From an uncultured Candidatus Saccharibacteria bacterium (GTDB lineage Bacteria > Patescibacteriota > Saccharimonadia > CAILAD01 > CAZGYV01): a stretch of DNA of 64,000 nucleotides. Both the position numbers and the translations under genes were made by a program. Under the pieces are notes generated by a model. The model was not told the origin of the DNA. It saw nothing but the letters and a program-made list of their open reading frames with translations, and made no database searches. Positions 14,507 through 24,237 of the stretch are shown here, one piece after another (position 1 is the first letter of the stretch; each line of letters begins with the position of its first letter). The DNA is taken from assembly GCA_964530725.1 (NCBI GenBank), contig CAZGYV010000001.1, forward strand, positions 15,829 through 79,828, written 5' to 3'.

Positions 14507-15862
14507 ATTAAAAAGCCAGCACAAACCGGCTCCACTTTAGTCGAAATTGTTATTAGTTTGAGCATCGTGTCGGTGGTTATTTTGGCTGTCTTGTCGGTGA
14601 TGGTGTTTAATATGCAGATCATATCAAGCGGCAAATCAAGAGCTCTGGCGATGGCTTTGGCAAACGAAAAATTGGAAAATCTGCGCAATATGCCCTATGA
14701 CAGCTTGGCTACAGTGCATGGTCCGATCTATCCAGGAGGCTCTATCGTTGACGACGAGGATGTGACTGTTGGCGGTATCGCCATGGTTGTGCACACCGAT
14801 ATAAGTTATAACGACGATCCATTTGATGGCAATTTTGCCGGTACTATCGCCGGTAAGCCGCAGGATTTTTATCCCTATGACTACAAGAAAGTTACCATCA
14901 CGATCTACCTGAAGTCAGGCAATCGCAAACTGGCCAATATTAGTACCGACGTGGCCGGCAAAGTAGCCGAGACAGCCACGAACACCGGCATCATCTTGAT
15001 TAAAGTAATAGACGCCAATGGCAATCCGGTCGATGGCGCTTCCGTTCACCTAACAAACCCTACTCCAAGTCCGGCAGTTAATATCACGACCACGACCGAT
15101 AATCAGGGCCAGGTATTGATTCCCAAGATGCCACCGGACAGTGGCAACGGCTATCATCTGACAGCGACGAAAGCGGGCTTTTCGACTGATCAGACCTATC
15201 CCGTTTCCGTTCAAACACCCTCTCCGACTCAGCCCGATTTTAGTGTTCAGGCTCAACAGGTCGTAACCCAGACGTTGGCTATTGATCAGCTGGCTAATAC
15301 TCTAACAGTTAAAGCTATTGATATCAGTGGTAATCCAATTAGCGGGGCTGCTGTTAATATCCATGGTCAAAAAACTATTAATTCTAGCCCGATAGTCTAT
15401 AAGTATAGTTCGGTGCAGACGACAAATGGCAGCGGCGAGATCAGCCTGACAGCTTTGGAGTGGGATTCTTATGACTTGAGTGTTAGTGGGCACAGTATTC
15501 TCGCCTCCTCCCCTTACAAGCCCTTCGCTCTCAATCCTAGCGCTAGTCTGACTGTTACATTGACACTGGACACCCCGTCGACAAGCCGACCAATTATCGA
15601 AGCGGTCACGCCGAGTAGCGCGGTCTCCGGCAGCCCTAATGTCCAAATTGATATCACCGGACAGAACTTAAATGGTGCAACCTTTTTACTGCGCAAATCG
15701 GGTAGCGCTGATATTGTAGCGGGCAACCTGTCTTCACCCGATTCCAGTACGCTTTCTGGCACTCTTGATCTATCCGGCGCGGCAGTTGGCAACTGGGACA
15801 TTGTGGTGACAAAAAGTGGCCAATCAACCACTCAGTCAGGAGGATTTAATGTCGCTAACTAA
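14507..15862 (+). CDS. prepilin-type minor pilin with CarboxypepD_reg/Ig-like repeats (start codon non-canonical or frameshifted)
   Basis: The in-frame N-terminus (I)KKPAQTG|STLVEIVISLSIVSVVILAV is a class III signal (G-1, E+5). Downstream repeats include IKVIDANGNPVDGASVHL and VKAIDISGNPISGAAVNI. No ATG/GTG/TTG lies upstream in frame; an ATT at 14507 follows an AAGGA SD. Confidence 0.65.
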   Translation: MKKPAQTGSTLVEIVISLSIVSVVILAVLSVMVFNMQIISSGKSRALAMALANEKLENLRNMPYDSLATVHGPIYPGGSIVDDEDVTVGGIAMVVHTDISYNDDPFDGNFAGTIAGKPQDFYPYDYKKVTITIYLKSGNRKLANISTDVAGKVAETATNTGIILIKVIDANGNPVDGASVHLTNPTPSPAVNITTTTDNQGQVLIPKMPPDSGNGYHLTATKAGFSTDQTYPVSVQTPSPTQPDFSVQAQQVVTQTLAIDQLANTLTVKAIDISGNPISGAAVNIHGQKTINSSPIVYKYSSVQTTNGSGEISLTALEWDSYDLSVSGHSILASSPYKPFALNPSASLTVTLTLDTPSTSRPIIEAVTPSSAVSGSPNVQIDITGQNLNGATFLLRKSGSADIVAGNLSSPDSSTLSGTLDLSGAAVGNWDIVVTKSGQSTTQSGGFNVAN

Positions 15863-16454
15863 ATCGATCAACCCTTCCGCCCCGCGCGGATTGTCGCTGA
15901 TTGAGCTACTTATCGCAATGTCGATGGGGTTAGTTATCGGCATCGTGTTGACAAGCTTAATCGTTAATACCAGTCGCTCATATCGGTTCGCGCAGCTGCA
16001 ATCACAAACGGCCACCCAGATATCCACCTACTTGGAGCGCATGAGCCGGGTTTTACGCGGCTCGACTGATGTAGTTAGTGCCAGCTCGACAAGCCTAACT
16101 GTCTACGCATATTTTTCGCCGCGTGATAATGTGCCCGACAAGGTGCGTTATTTCGTGGACACCGATAATGCGCTTAAGGTGGGTGTCATCAAGGCGACGG
16201 GCAGTGCCCCCAACTACACCTATAACAGCTCCGATGAGACCGTGCAAACATTACTTTCTGACCTAAGACACGGCTCAACGCCGGTTTTTACCTACTATGA
16301 TGACAATAATAACCAGCTAACCGGCACCATTACGCCTGCTACAGTTAAGGAGATCGGCATTCGCCTGGAGCTCAACCCTGATCAGAGCATTTTAAAACAG
16401 AATGTAACGGGACAGACTAGGATAAATTTGCGCAATAGAAAGACTAACTTATGA
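15849..16454 (+). CDS. prepilin-type N-terminal cleavage/methylation domain protein (PilW-like minor pilin)
   Basis: SD AGGAGGatttaATG. Leader MSLTKSINPSAPRG|LSLIELLIAMSMGLVIGIVL (G-1, E+5). Confidence 0.75.
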   Translation: MSLTKSINPSAPRGLSLIELLIAMSMGLVIGIVLTSLIVNTSRSYRFAQLQSQTATQISTYLERMSRVLRGSTDVVSASSTSLTVYAYFSPRDNVPDKVRYFVDTDNALKVGVIKATGSAPNYTYNSSDETVQTLLSDLRHGSTPVFTYYDDNNNQLTGTITPATVKEIGIRLELNPDQSILKQNVTGQTRINLRNRKTNL

Positions 16455-17866
16455 AGTATCAATTAGGTCGTCTAAAAAATAACCGCCGTGGCTTCTCGAT
16501 GGTGCAAGTCATTATCACATCGGTATTCTTGATGAGTATCGCGCTTATTATGGCAACTTCAGCGGTGGTGAATTTAAAATATACCAGCTACGTAGAAAAA
16601 TCTTATGATGCCAACTCGGTTGCTGAGGCCGGTATAAATTATTATCTATGGCATTTGGCACACAACATCAGCGATTACTGTGACGGTCAGGCTTGTGGCA
16701 CGCAAGGGCCTGACGGCTACGGGCCGTTCACACATCAATACAAAGACAGTAGCGGTAAAGTAGTTGGTACTTACGAGCTATATATCAAGCCGCCGCCGGC
16801 CTATTCGAGCATGACGACAGTCAAGTCAATCGGTCGGATCAATGGCTTAAACAAATCCCGCGTCTTGCAGGCGCAGCTGGCTGTCCCATCGTTCGCGCAG
16901 TATGCTTTGCTGACCGGTACGGAGATTTGGATTGGCCCAAGCGAGCGAGTTAATGGCCCGCTGCACTCCAATGTCGGCGTCCACTTTGACGGTATCGCCG
17001 ATGGTCCGGTAACGGCTGCTAACGCGACTTACCGGCCAACTGCTCAGTTTGGCGGTGACGGGCAGATGCATAATGGTGTTTGGGGTAATGGCGGACCTCA
17101 GTCATATTGGAGCTTTCCGGTGCCGCCAGTTGACTTTAACGCTGTCACGGCGGACTTGCAAAAAATCAAAACCGACGCCCAGAGCAATGGCGTCTACCTG
17201 CCACCGACCAATCCCGGCAATCCCAGCTCAAAGCTAGGCTATTACCTAGAATTAAAATCAAACAAGTCAATTGATGTTTATCGTGTCACCCAAGAACGTT
17301 GCACTAGCCTATCGAGAACCTTCGTTGCCAACTACGCCAAGCCGGCCAATGGCTTGCTCTACGTTGAGGATAATGTCTGGGTGCAGTCTAAGTCTGGTGA
17401 TAGGTACAACGACCGCCTGACGATTGCGGCTGCCTACCTGCCCAGTAGCGCCGCGCGTGATAAATCGATTACTATCACCGGCGATATTTTATACAGTGCT
17501 AAAGACGGCACGGCCGCAATTGGCTTAATTGCTCAGAAAGACGTCAAGGTGAATAATGTAGCGCCATATAATCTAGAAATCGACGCTGCCCTGCTCGCTC
17601 AAAAAGGCCATACATTTTTTGAAAGCAGCACCCTTTCGGCCAATTGTAGCAATCAAGTCAAGGGTACGATAACTGTGCACGGCGCGATCAGCAGCTATCT
17701 ATTTTGGACCTGGACTTATGTTACGGGTGGCAACAATGTGATCGATGGCTACGCCACGACTCTCTCGACCTATGATAGTTATTTGAAGTTTAACCCGCCG
17801 CCGAGCTTTCCGACCACCGGCACTTTTTCGGTATTAAACTTTAGAGAATTACTAGAAAATCCTTGA
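16451..17866 (+). CDS. PilX-like large minor pilin / pilus tip-associated protein
   Basis: ATGA-coupled to the previous gene. N-terminus MKYQLGRLKNNRRG|FSMVQVIITSVFLMSIALIMA (pseudopilin-like, Q at +5); 471 aa. Confidence 0.6.
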   Translation: MKYQLGRLKNNRRGFSMVQVIITSVFLMSIALIMATSAVVNLKYTSYVEKSYDANSVAEAGINYYLWHLAHNISDYCDGQACGTQGPDGYGPFTHQYKDSSGKVVGTYELYIKPPPAYSSMTTVKSIGRINGLNKSRVLQAQLAVPSFAQYALLTGTEIWIGPSERVNGPLHSNVGVHFDGIADGPVTAANATYRPTAQFGGDGQMHNGVWGNGGPQSYWSFPVPPVDFNAVTADLQKIKTDAQSNGVYLPPTNPGNPSSKLGYYLELKSNKSIDVYRVTQERCTSLSRTFVANYAKPANGLLYVEDNVWVQSKSGDRYNDRLTIAAAYLPSSAARDKSITITGDILYSAKDGTAAIGLIAQKDVKVNNVAPYNLEIDAALLAQKGHTFFESSTLSANCSNQVKGTITVHGAISSYLFWTWTYVTGGNNVIDGYATTLSTYDSYLKFNPPPSFPTTGTFSVLNFRELLENP

Positions 17867-17875
17867 AATATTTGC

Positions 17876-19327
17876 CTATTTAAGCTTGGCGATGACACTG
17901 TTTAGGCGGCTGATTGTCTCATCAGTGCCAAGAACTGCGATTGTCTCAAACAGGCCTGGGGCGGCCGTCTTGCCGGTGATAGCGACTCGTATCGGGTAGA
18001 ATAGCTGGCCGGCTCCTACACCAAGCTCTTCGGCTAGTTGGCGCAAACAAGTCTCGATGGCGGTAGTGGTTTTGCTCTTGCATTCGCTTAGAGTAGCAAC
18101 GGTGCTAGATAATATATTCAACGTCCCTGGTTGGTCGCTTTTAGCGCAAACTAGCTCGATCATCTTTGATTTCACCTTCGGAGCTTTAAAGAAAAACTCC
18201 AATGCGTCGGGGCTTTGAGAAAAAGTTTTGATGCGCTCGCGCTCTAGAGCGGCTGCTCTCTTGATGTAGTCTTGGTTATGACTGGCGACATCAATATTAG
18301 CCTTTTCGAGCTGCTCAATAATTTTTTCCAAATAAGCTTGGTCGCTAATGACCTCGCGAATATAAACGCCATTCATCCAGTTAAGTCGGTCGCGGTCAAA
18401 TACTGCCGGACTTTTTTGAATTCTATCAACTGCGAATTTGCTTATTAGTTGGTCGAGTGAGTATATTTCTTGCTCGCTGCCATCGTTCCAGCCGAGGAGG
18501 GCTAAAAAGTTAATCAAAGCCTCCGGCAAGTAGCCTGCTTGCCGGTAATCCAATACATCGGTGTCGCCGCTGCGTTTAGATAATTTCTTGCCATCACTGC
18601 CATTGATGACCGGCAAATGAATCCACTCCGGTCGCTGCCAACCAAGCAAGTCATAGAGCATCGCGTGTTTGGGTGTGCTGGCGATAAATTCATCGCCGCG
18701 AATAACGTGACTAATCTTCATCTGATGATCATCGACCACGTTAGCAAAGTTGTAAGTCGGGAATCCATCGGCTTTGACAATAATAAAATCGTCAATGATG
18801 TCGTTATTAACCTTGAATTCTCCCCTGACCTCATCGCGCCAAACAGTACTGCCGGGGCCTACTTTGAGCCGGATGGGCAGATTGCCGCCTGATTGCTGAC
18901 TACTTGTCGGCTCCATCGCATGACGATAGACAAATGGCTTGCCAGCTGCAATGGCAGCTTGGCGTTTTTTGTCAAAATCTTCTGACGTAATTCGCGAATA
19001 ATATGCCTGGCCGCTATCCACCAATTGCTCGGCAATCTGCCGGTAGTTACCGAGGCGTTCGGACTGGACATAAGGGCCATGGGCGCCTTTATGGTCGCCA
19101 AGCCAATAGCCCTCGTCTGGCACGAGGCCGAGCCATTGCAGGCTGTGCTGGATTTGTTCAACTCCCGCTTCGACGAATCGTTCCCGATCGGTGTCTTCGA
19201 GGCGTAAAATAAATTCCCCGTCGTGATGACGGGCAAACAAATAGTTAAATAAGGCCGTGCGGGCAGAGCCGACGTGCATCATGCCGGTCGGGCTGGGTGC
19301 GAAACGAACTCGAACCTTTTGCTTCAT
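17876..19327 (-). CDS. gltX: glutamate--tRNA ligase
   Basis: VRFAPSPTGMMHVGSARTALFNYLFA (HIGH region) and KLSKRS (KMSKS); 483 aa. Confidence 0.95.
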   Translation of the reverse strand: MKQKVRVRFAPSPTGMMHVGSARTALFNYLFARHHDGEFILRLEDTDRERFVEAGVEQIQHSLQWLGLVPDEGYWLGDHKGAHGPYVQSERLGNYRQIAEQLVDSGQAYYSRITSEDFDKKRQAAIAAGKPFVYRHAMEPTSSQQSGGNLPIRLKVGPGSTVWRDEVRGEFKVNNDIIDDFIIVKADGFPTYNFANVVDDHQMKISHVIRGDEFIASTPKHAMLYDLLGWQRPEWIHLPVINGSDGKKLSKRSGDTDVLDYRQAGYLPEALINFLALLGWNDGSEQEIYSLDQLISKFAVDRIQKSPAVFDRDRLNWMNGVYIREVISDQAYLEKIIEQLEKANIDVASHNQDYIKRAAALERERIKTFSQSPDALEFFFKAPKVKSKMIELVCAKSDQPGTLNILSSTVATLSECKSKTTTAIETCLRQLAEELGVGAGQLFYPIRVAITGKTAAPGLFETIAVLGTDETISRLNSVIAKLK

Positions 19328-19355
19328 TCAATTATTATAGCCGATAATAGTAATT

Positions 19356-19685
19356 TTACAGAATGCCAGTTGGCTCTATTTCCAGCCAAGTGCCGCCTTC
19401 TTTGCGAAAAAGCAGCACCTTACTGGTCGTCTCAGTTGGGTCGTAAATATTTTCAATTCGCTGGGCGCCGCCACTGCGATGGTAATGGGTTTTTTTGTCG
19501 GCAACCCGTGGCCTAGTAACGCGTTCAAACTTATATTCCGTGCCGCTGCGCTCAAAAACTACGCAAGTCACGGTCTCTTCTAGTTCGTGAGCGTCAGACA
19601 AGGCGTGTTTATCAACTTTGTGTGATAGAATACCGTATTTTTGATCAATGACGTCAAGCAGCTCTTCCCAGGCGCGGTCGCTCAT
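19356..19685 (-). CDS. hypothetical protein (109 aa)
   Basis: Clean ORF that overlaps the upstream gene's stop by 4 nt. I recognise no family. Confidence 0.5.
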   Translation of the reverse strand: MSDRAWEELLDVIDQKYGILSHKVDKHALSDAHELEETVTCVVFERSGTEYKFERVTRPRVADKKTHYHRSGGAQRIENIYDPTETTSKVLLFRKEGGTWLEIEPTGIL

Positions 19686-22225
19686 AAGCTCGTGGCGATC
19701 TTGATTATTTGGTCTTGAGTTAGGCCGTGCTGATTGCCCTCTAAGCGGTACCAGTTGCCATTATTAATCCAGCTAGCTTGATTGTTGCCATACATGTAAA
19801 TTGTAAGCCCTTGGGCCTGCAGAGCTAAATACTTACTGGATTTTGGCGTAACGTAGTTTTCGGCCAGAGCTTGGGAGTCCCAGTCTGTCTTGGTGGTTAC
19901 GACGTCAATTTTACGCTTGTTGTTGTCGCCTTTAAGGCTGTAGCTAACGAGCCCAGGCGAGGTTTTGATATTGCTACCTAGCTGCCAGCCGCTTGGAATA
20001 TAGCCTGGCATACTGGCATTGATACCTGCTTTGCCGGCTGCCACTTTAAACGCCAGATTAGGGTAATTTACTTGCCAGACATAGACGCCGACCAAAACTA
20101 GCCCGACGACGCTGAGCAACGCGCTGCTGGCTGTAAAGCTGTGGCCGATTTTAGCTGGCGACGTTTTGGATTTTTCGGCCGCGCGCTCATGCACTAGCTT
20201 GAGGGCTTCTTCTTCGGTCAGCGGCTTATTTTCGAAATCAACTTCTTCTTTGGGTGGCTCGACTACCGGGTAGTTAATTTGATGGCTTGGCTTGTAGGCC
20301 GCGCCAGGAGTAATGCCATCGGGTGAAGTTGGCAGTACGAATGGTGTTGAAGCCTTGGGCGCGTTGCTTGCCTGGTTCGCCGGAGCTGGTTGTTCGACAG
20401 GCTTAGCTGGAATAATGTCTAGTGATCGCAAACCGCCCGATGGACCTGATACAGGCATTGGCTGTGGACTTGGCTTTGGCTGGGCGGGCTTGAGCGCAAT
20501 TGATTCTTGAGGCTTGCCTGGCTCTGCTTGCGATTGAGGTTTTTGGTTGATAGTGTCAACCGAGCCTGTGCCAGGCTTACTGACTACCTTAGTGGATTCA
20601 AGCTGTTTAAACTCTTCGTCGCTAAATACTGGCTCATCGTCAACATCAAGCGATGCTATTTCACTGCCAATATTCTCATGTGATTCCTTGGCTTGGGTAT
20701 CAGCTGCTGTCGGACTGGGTGCGGTAGCAGCATCGAGCGCGTTGATCTTTGCTGGCTCTAATTCTTTGGTATCCTTAACGCTAGCTTGACTCGGCGAAAC
20801 ATTTTGCGCGCCCGTGATATCGGACTTGGGTTGTACTTGGGATCCAGATTGTGTTGGCGTAGTTTGCTTTGAGCTTACCGGCTTGGCCGTGCTAGTTTCG
20901 ATTATTTTCGCTAAGTCATCAAGAGCTTCCTTGGCACTTTGGGCTGCAGGCAAGCTAACTGGTTTAGTGGTGGCTACAGGCGAAGAAGCTGCAGGCATTG
21001 GCATTGGGTTGTCCGTAGGTTTAGGTGCTGTTTGTGGTCGCGAATCAATCTTAATCGGCTCGGCGGACTGAATGGGGGTGGAGCTAGCTAAGTCACTAAA
21101 GGTAGTCGACGCCGGGCCATTGTTTTTAGTTGGTACTGTTTTTGTTGCCGGGCTAGCTAGTGGTGGCGAGGAGGTTACTTCGGTTTTTGGTGTGTCACTC
21201 GCTTTCGTTTCAATAGCTTGGGCTTGCGGAGCCGTGGTGCGAAATTTATTGACGAGCTCTGATTGAGGGACGGCGGCAGCTTTTTCTAGGCGCTGTTGGC
21301 GGGAGGGCACTGTAATTTGAAAATCTCGCCGCTCCAAATGTTTAGCTTGTTCTGGTGGCTGGCTAATGTTGACTGTGCCGCTGGCTACTGGTTTAGAGTT
21401 CGGTTCGATTGACTTTTTGCCACTGGCAACCTCTTCGACGACTCGTGAGATGCGCTCGCTCGGAATTGGCTTGACTGCTTCTATCACAGCACTTTCTATT
21501 AGAGCACGGTCATCAATGGTGTTAGGGGATTTTTTAGCCGGCTCTTTTGCCACACTTTCCTGGGTATCGCCGGAAACGTCACTTCGTCGCGTTTCAATAT
21601 CTCCTATTGGTGAATGCGGAATTATTGGCACCAAGGGCTTATTATCATCCGGCACTGGCAGGTTACTGGCTAGCTCTCGCGTAGTTTTCTGAGCTAGTTT
21701 CTCGGCGATTTCTTTGACTATGCGATCGTTTTTCTTGTGGCTGGCAATGACAGCTTGATCAATATTTTTAAACGTCTCAAGTTTATCATTGAGGTTGTCA
21801 ATTTTTTGCATGTTACTAGTTTGCGTGGCTTTAGCTGGAGTAGCTATGCCGGACTTTGGCTGGACAATAGGCTTACTTATCGGTGTGACGGGCTTAGGTG
21901 GAATCGGAGCGGCTTGATGATGGACGGGGTTAACCGGCGGCTTTACGGGCGGCGGAGGCGGCGGTACCGTGGCTTTTTGCGGCAACGGAATCTCTACTTT
22001 GGACGGATTGGGTTGAGTAACTAGAGGTATATTGTGTGTCGGCTGTTGCGGCACTTTTGCCACAGGTAAAACTGATGAGACCGGCTTAGCCTCTTCTTTG
22101 ACCTCTGGACTTGGTTTTATACCACCTGGCTGCCAGGGGGTGCCGCAATTAGCACAAAAAACCTTGCCAGCAATTACAATCCTATCTTTTTCTTCGCAGT
22201 CTGGACATTGAACCATATGAAACAC
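19682..22225 (-). CDS. zinc-ribbon / long disordered linker / single-TM / C-terminal globular domain membrane protein
   Basis: N-terminal CPDC...CANC zinc ribbon, then ~650 aa of P/S/T/A/Q-rich low complexity, a TM helix (ALLSVVGLVLVGVYVW), and a ~150-aa C-terminal domain reminiscent of DUF4367-type anti-sigma ectodomains. The start may be the 4th codon (MVQCPDC, 22216). Confidence 0.6.
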   Translation of the reverse strand: MFHMVQCPDCEEKDRIVIAGKVFCANCGTPWQPGGIKPSPEVKEEAKPVSSVLPVAKVPQQPTHNIPLVTQPNPSKVEIPLPQKATVPPPPPPVKPPVNPVHHQAAPIPPKPVTPISKPIVQPKSGIATPAKATQTSNMQKIDNLNDKLETFKNIDQAVIASHKKNDRIVKEIAEKLAQKTTRELASNLPVPDDNKPLVPIIPHSPIGDIETRRSDVSGDTQESVAKEPAKKSPNTIDDRALIESAVIEAVKPIPSERISRVVEEVASGKKSIEPNSKPVASGTVNISQPPEQAKHLERRDFQITVPSRQQRLEKAAAVPQSELVNKFRTTAPQAQAIETKASDTPKTEVTSSPPLASPATKTVPTKNNGPASTTFSDLASSTPIQSAEPIKIDSRPQTAPKPTDNPMPMPAASSPVATTKPVSLPAAQSAKEALDDLAKIIETSTAKPVSSKQTTPTQSGSQVQPKSDITGAQNVSPSQASVKDTKELEPAKINALDAATAPSPTAADTQAKESHENIGSEIASLDVDDEPVFSDEEFKQLESTKVVSKPGTGSVDTINQKPQSQAEPGKPQESIALKPAQPKPSPQPMPVSGPSGGLRSLDIIPAKPVEQPAPANQASNAPKASTPFVLPTSPDGITPGAAYKPSHQINYPVVEPPKEEVDFENKPLTEEEALKLVHERAAEKSKTSPAKIGHSFTASSALLSVVGLVLVGVYVWQVNYPNLAFKVAAGKAGINASMPGYIPSGWQLGSNIKTSPGLVSYSLKGDNNKRKIDVVTTKTDWDSQALAENYVTPKSSKYLALQAQGLTIYMYGNNQASWINNGNWYRLEGNQHGLTQDQIIKIATSL

Positions 22226-22274
22226 GCTTATGTATGCACTTTTATTATAGAAGGAAAAGTTGTAAGCGTAAAGA

Positions 22275-23117
22275 TTATTTTTGCCGCTTGGCTGCTAAAT
22301 AAACCAGCCAAATAAATCGCGGTATAGCAAACATGCGAGTGATTCGTCTAGGCTGGATCATAAACCGCCATAGCCACTCCAATCCACTCCGGCGCATAAA
22401 AACCGGCGCTCTTTTGATACTACCGCCGAGTTGGTCATAATCAAAGCTGCCGCCCTCACCTATCATGATTCGAGCTAGTCCCGCGTCTTTGTGTTGGAAA
22501 ATAAATTTTTCTTGAATCGGGAAACCGCGAGCGACGAAGAGAATATCGAGTTTCGACTCAGCTACTTTCTTGATAATATTTTCTTCTTCGGCCTTATCGA
22601 AAAATCCTGGCCAGACATCAATTAAATTTAACCGCGGAAAAATTTGCCCTAAAGCTTGCGCAACAGCTGGCGTTCGCTCGGGTTTGCCAGTGATGATGCC
22701 AACGCGCCATTTTTTGTCGCTAGCCAGCGCGAGCAGCTTTTTTGTCACGTCCACACCCGCGCCGCGCTCAACGATAATTTGTTCGCGCCATTTTTTATTT
22801 TGTATGTCAATCAAAAGACTCTTAATTAAGCTAAAGATTGTTTTTTTCGTCTTCGGCGCACCATACAAAAAGCTAGCCGCCCACTGCAGTGAGACGCCAT
22901 CCGCTAGGCATAAATCAGCTTGATTGATGATATGCGCTAGGCCATGGTTGTCACTGGCAGCCGTCATGAATTCGACATAGGGCTTAATTACATAGATAGT
23001 TTTTTTATTATTAGACTGCAAGTGGTTTTCAAAATATTCAAAAGTATCGCGGACAGTCATCAGGTCGCACTCGATCCCTAAAATATTGACCTTGTCGTAT
23101 TTATTTTGCTTTGACAT
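22275..23117 (-). CDS. WecG/TagA/CpsF-family glycosyltransferase
   Basis: Family-typical C-terminal GLEWLWRFMIQPRR and NILGIECD N-terminus; 280 aa. Confidence 0.85.
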   Translation of the reverse strand: MSKQNKYDKVNILGIECDLMTVRDTFEYFENHLQSNNKKTIYVIKPYVEFMTAASDNHGLAHIINQADLCLADGVSLQWAASFLYGAPKTKKTIFSLIKSLLIDIQNKKWREQIIVERGAGVDVTKKLLALASDKKWRVGIITGKPERTPAVAQALGQIFPRLNLIDVWPGFFDKAEEENIIKKVAESKLDILFVARGFPIQEKFIFQHKDAGLARIMIGEGGSFDYDQLGGSIKRAPVFMRRSGLEWLWRFMIQPRRITRMFAIPRFIWLVYLAAKRQK

Positions 23118-24237
23118 CTTGGCTCGCTACTCGTTCACAATGTTTTTTCAGCTCTTTAGCAAATATTTTTTGGTCGAATTTTTTCGCTTGTTTGACGAAA
23201 ACTTTTTTATCAAACGCAATGCCCTCAGCTTTTTCAATCGCCCAATTTAGGGCCTCAGCTGTCGCATTGTCAAAAAATACACCGGTTTTCATGTCAATAA
23301 CAGTCTCTCGAACACCACCTTCATTCAAGGCAATTACGGGCGTACCGGCAGCCATCGCTTCGACCGGCGTAATACCGAAATCTTCCACGCCTGGAAAAAT
23401 AAAGCTCTTAGCAAGGCGCAATAACTCAACTTTGCGAGACTGGCTGACACGGCCGACAAAAGATATATTTGGGGCTTTTTTTGCTAACTCGCGTAGCCTT
23501 AGCTCGTCCGGGCCACTGCCGGCGATGACGAGCGGCTTTTTATTGTGAGCAAAAGCTTCGATTGCCAGCTCAATATTTTTGTACTGGCTTAAAACTGACA
23601 ATATTAAGTAAAAATCTTGCTTGATAGTTTTGTATTGGCCATCAAAAAGTTCGGTCGCGACTGGCGGATAGACCACTACCGCTTCGCGCCGGTAGTATTT
23701 TTTTATTCTGCCGGCGATGTACTTGCTATTAGCAATAAATAAATCAACATTCTTCGAGGCCCGATAGTCCCATAGCCGCAGGTCCGACACTAGTTTGCTA
23801 ACAAAATATTTACCAATCGGACCGAGCTTAAAGCGACCGACCGATTGCGTATCAAGATATTTTGGCCAACTGTCCCAAAGCATGCGCGCCGGACTGTGGC
23901 AGTAGCAAACGTGCTTGGTGTTTTTACCGACATTAACGTTCTTAACCCAAGCGGTTGAGCTGGAAATTACCAAATCGTAGCTGCTTAAATCGATTCTATT
24001 GACGGCTCGCTTAATAAACGGCAGTAGTAGTTTAGGCTGTCGCTTCAAAAAGTCAGGTAGGTTTTGCAAGCTACTCGTCCTAACCCGCCGGCCGCCTAAA
24101 AAGTTACCAAATTTCTGATAATCACAAATTAGCGCGTACAGATCTGCTTCGGGGTAAATTTGCGCTAGTTCAAAAAAAACTGCCTCCGCACCGCCTATCT
24201 TGGTATTTAGCCAGTCATGGATGATAGCTACCTTCAT
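23101..24237 (-). CDS. glycosyltransferase family 4 (GT-B)
   Basis: MKVAIIHDWL..GGAE N-terminus and the EDFGITPVEAMAAGTPVIA (E-x7-E) motif. Confidence 0.85.
   Translation of the reverse strand: MKVAIIHDWLNTKIGGAEAVFFELAQIYPEADLYALICDYQKFGNFLGGRRVRTSSLQNLPDFLKRQPKLLLPFIKRAVNRIDLSSYDLVISSSTAWVKNVNVGKNTKHVCYCHSPARMLWDSWPKYLDTQSVGRFKLGPIGKYFVSKLVSDLRLWDYRASKNVDLFIANSKYIAGRIKKYYRREAVVVYPPVATELFDGQYKTIKQDFYLILSVLSQYKNIELAIEAFAHNKKPLVIAGSGPDELRLRELAKKAPNISFVGRVSQSRKVELLRLAKSFIFPGVEDFGITPVEAMAAGTPVIALNEGGVRETVIDMKTGVFFDNATAEALNWAIEKAEGIAFDKKVFVKQAKKFDQKIFAKELKKHCERVASQDVKAK

Noticed and set aside
20313-22024. Series of 64-108-aa plus-strand ORFs inside the 847-aa gene
   Set aside because: They are antisense to a continuous 2.5-kb low-complexity coding frame that has a zinc ribbon, a TM helix and a folded C-terminal domain. 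They are composition-driven artefacts.
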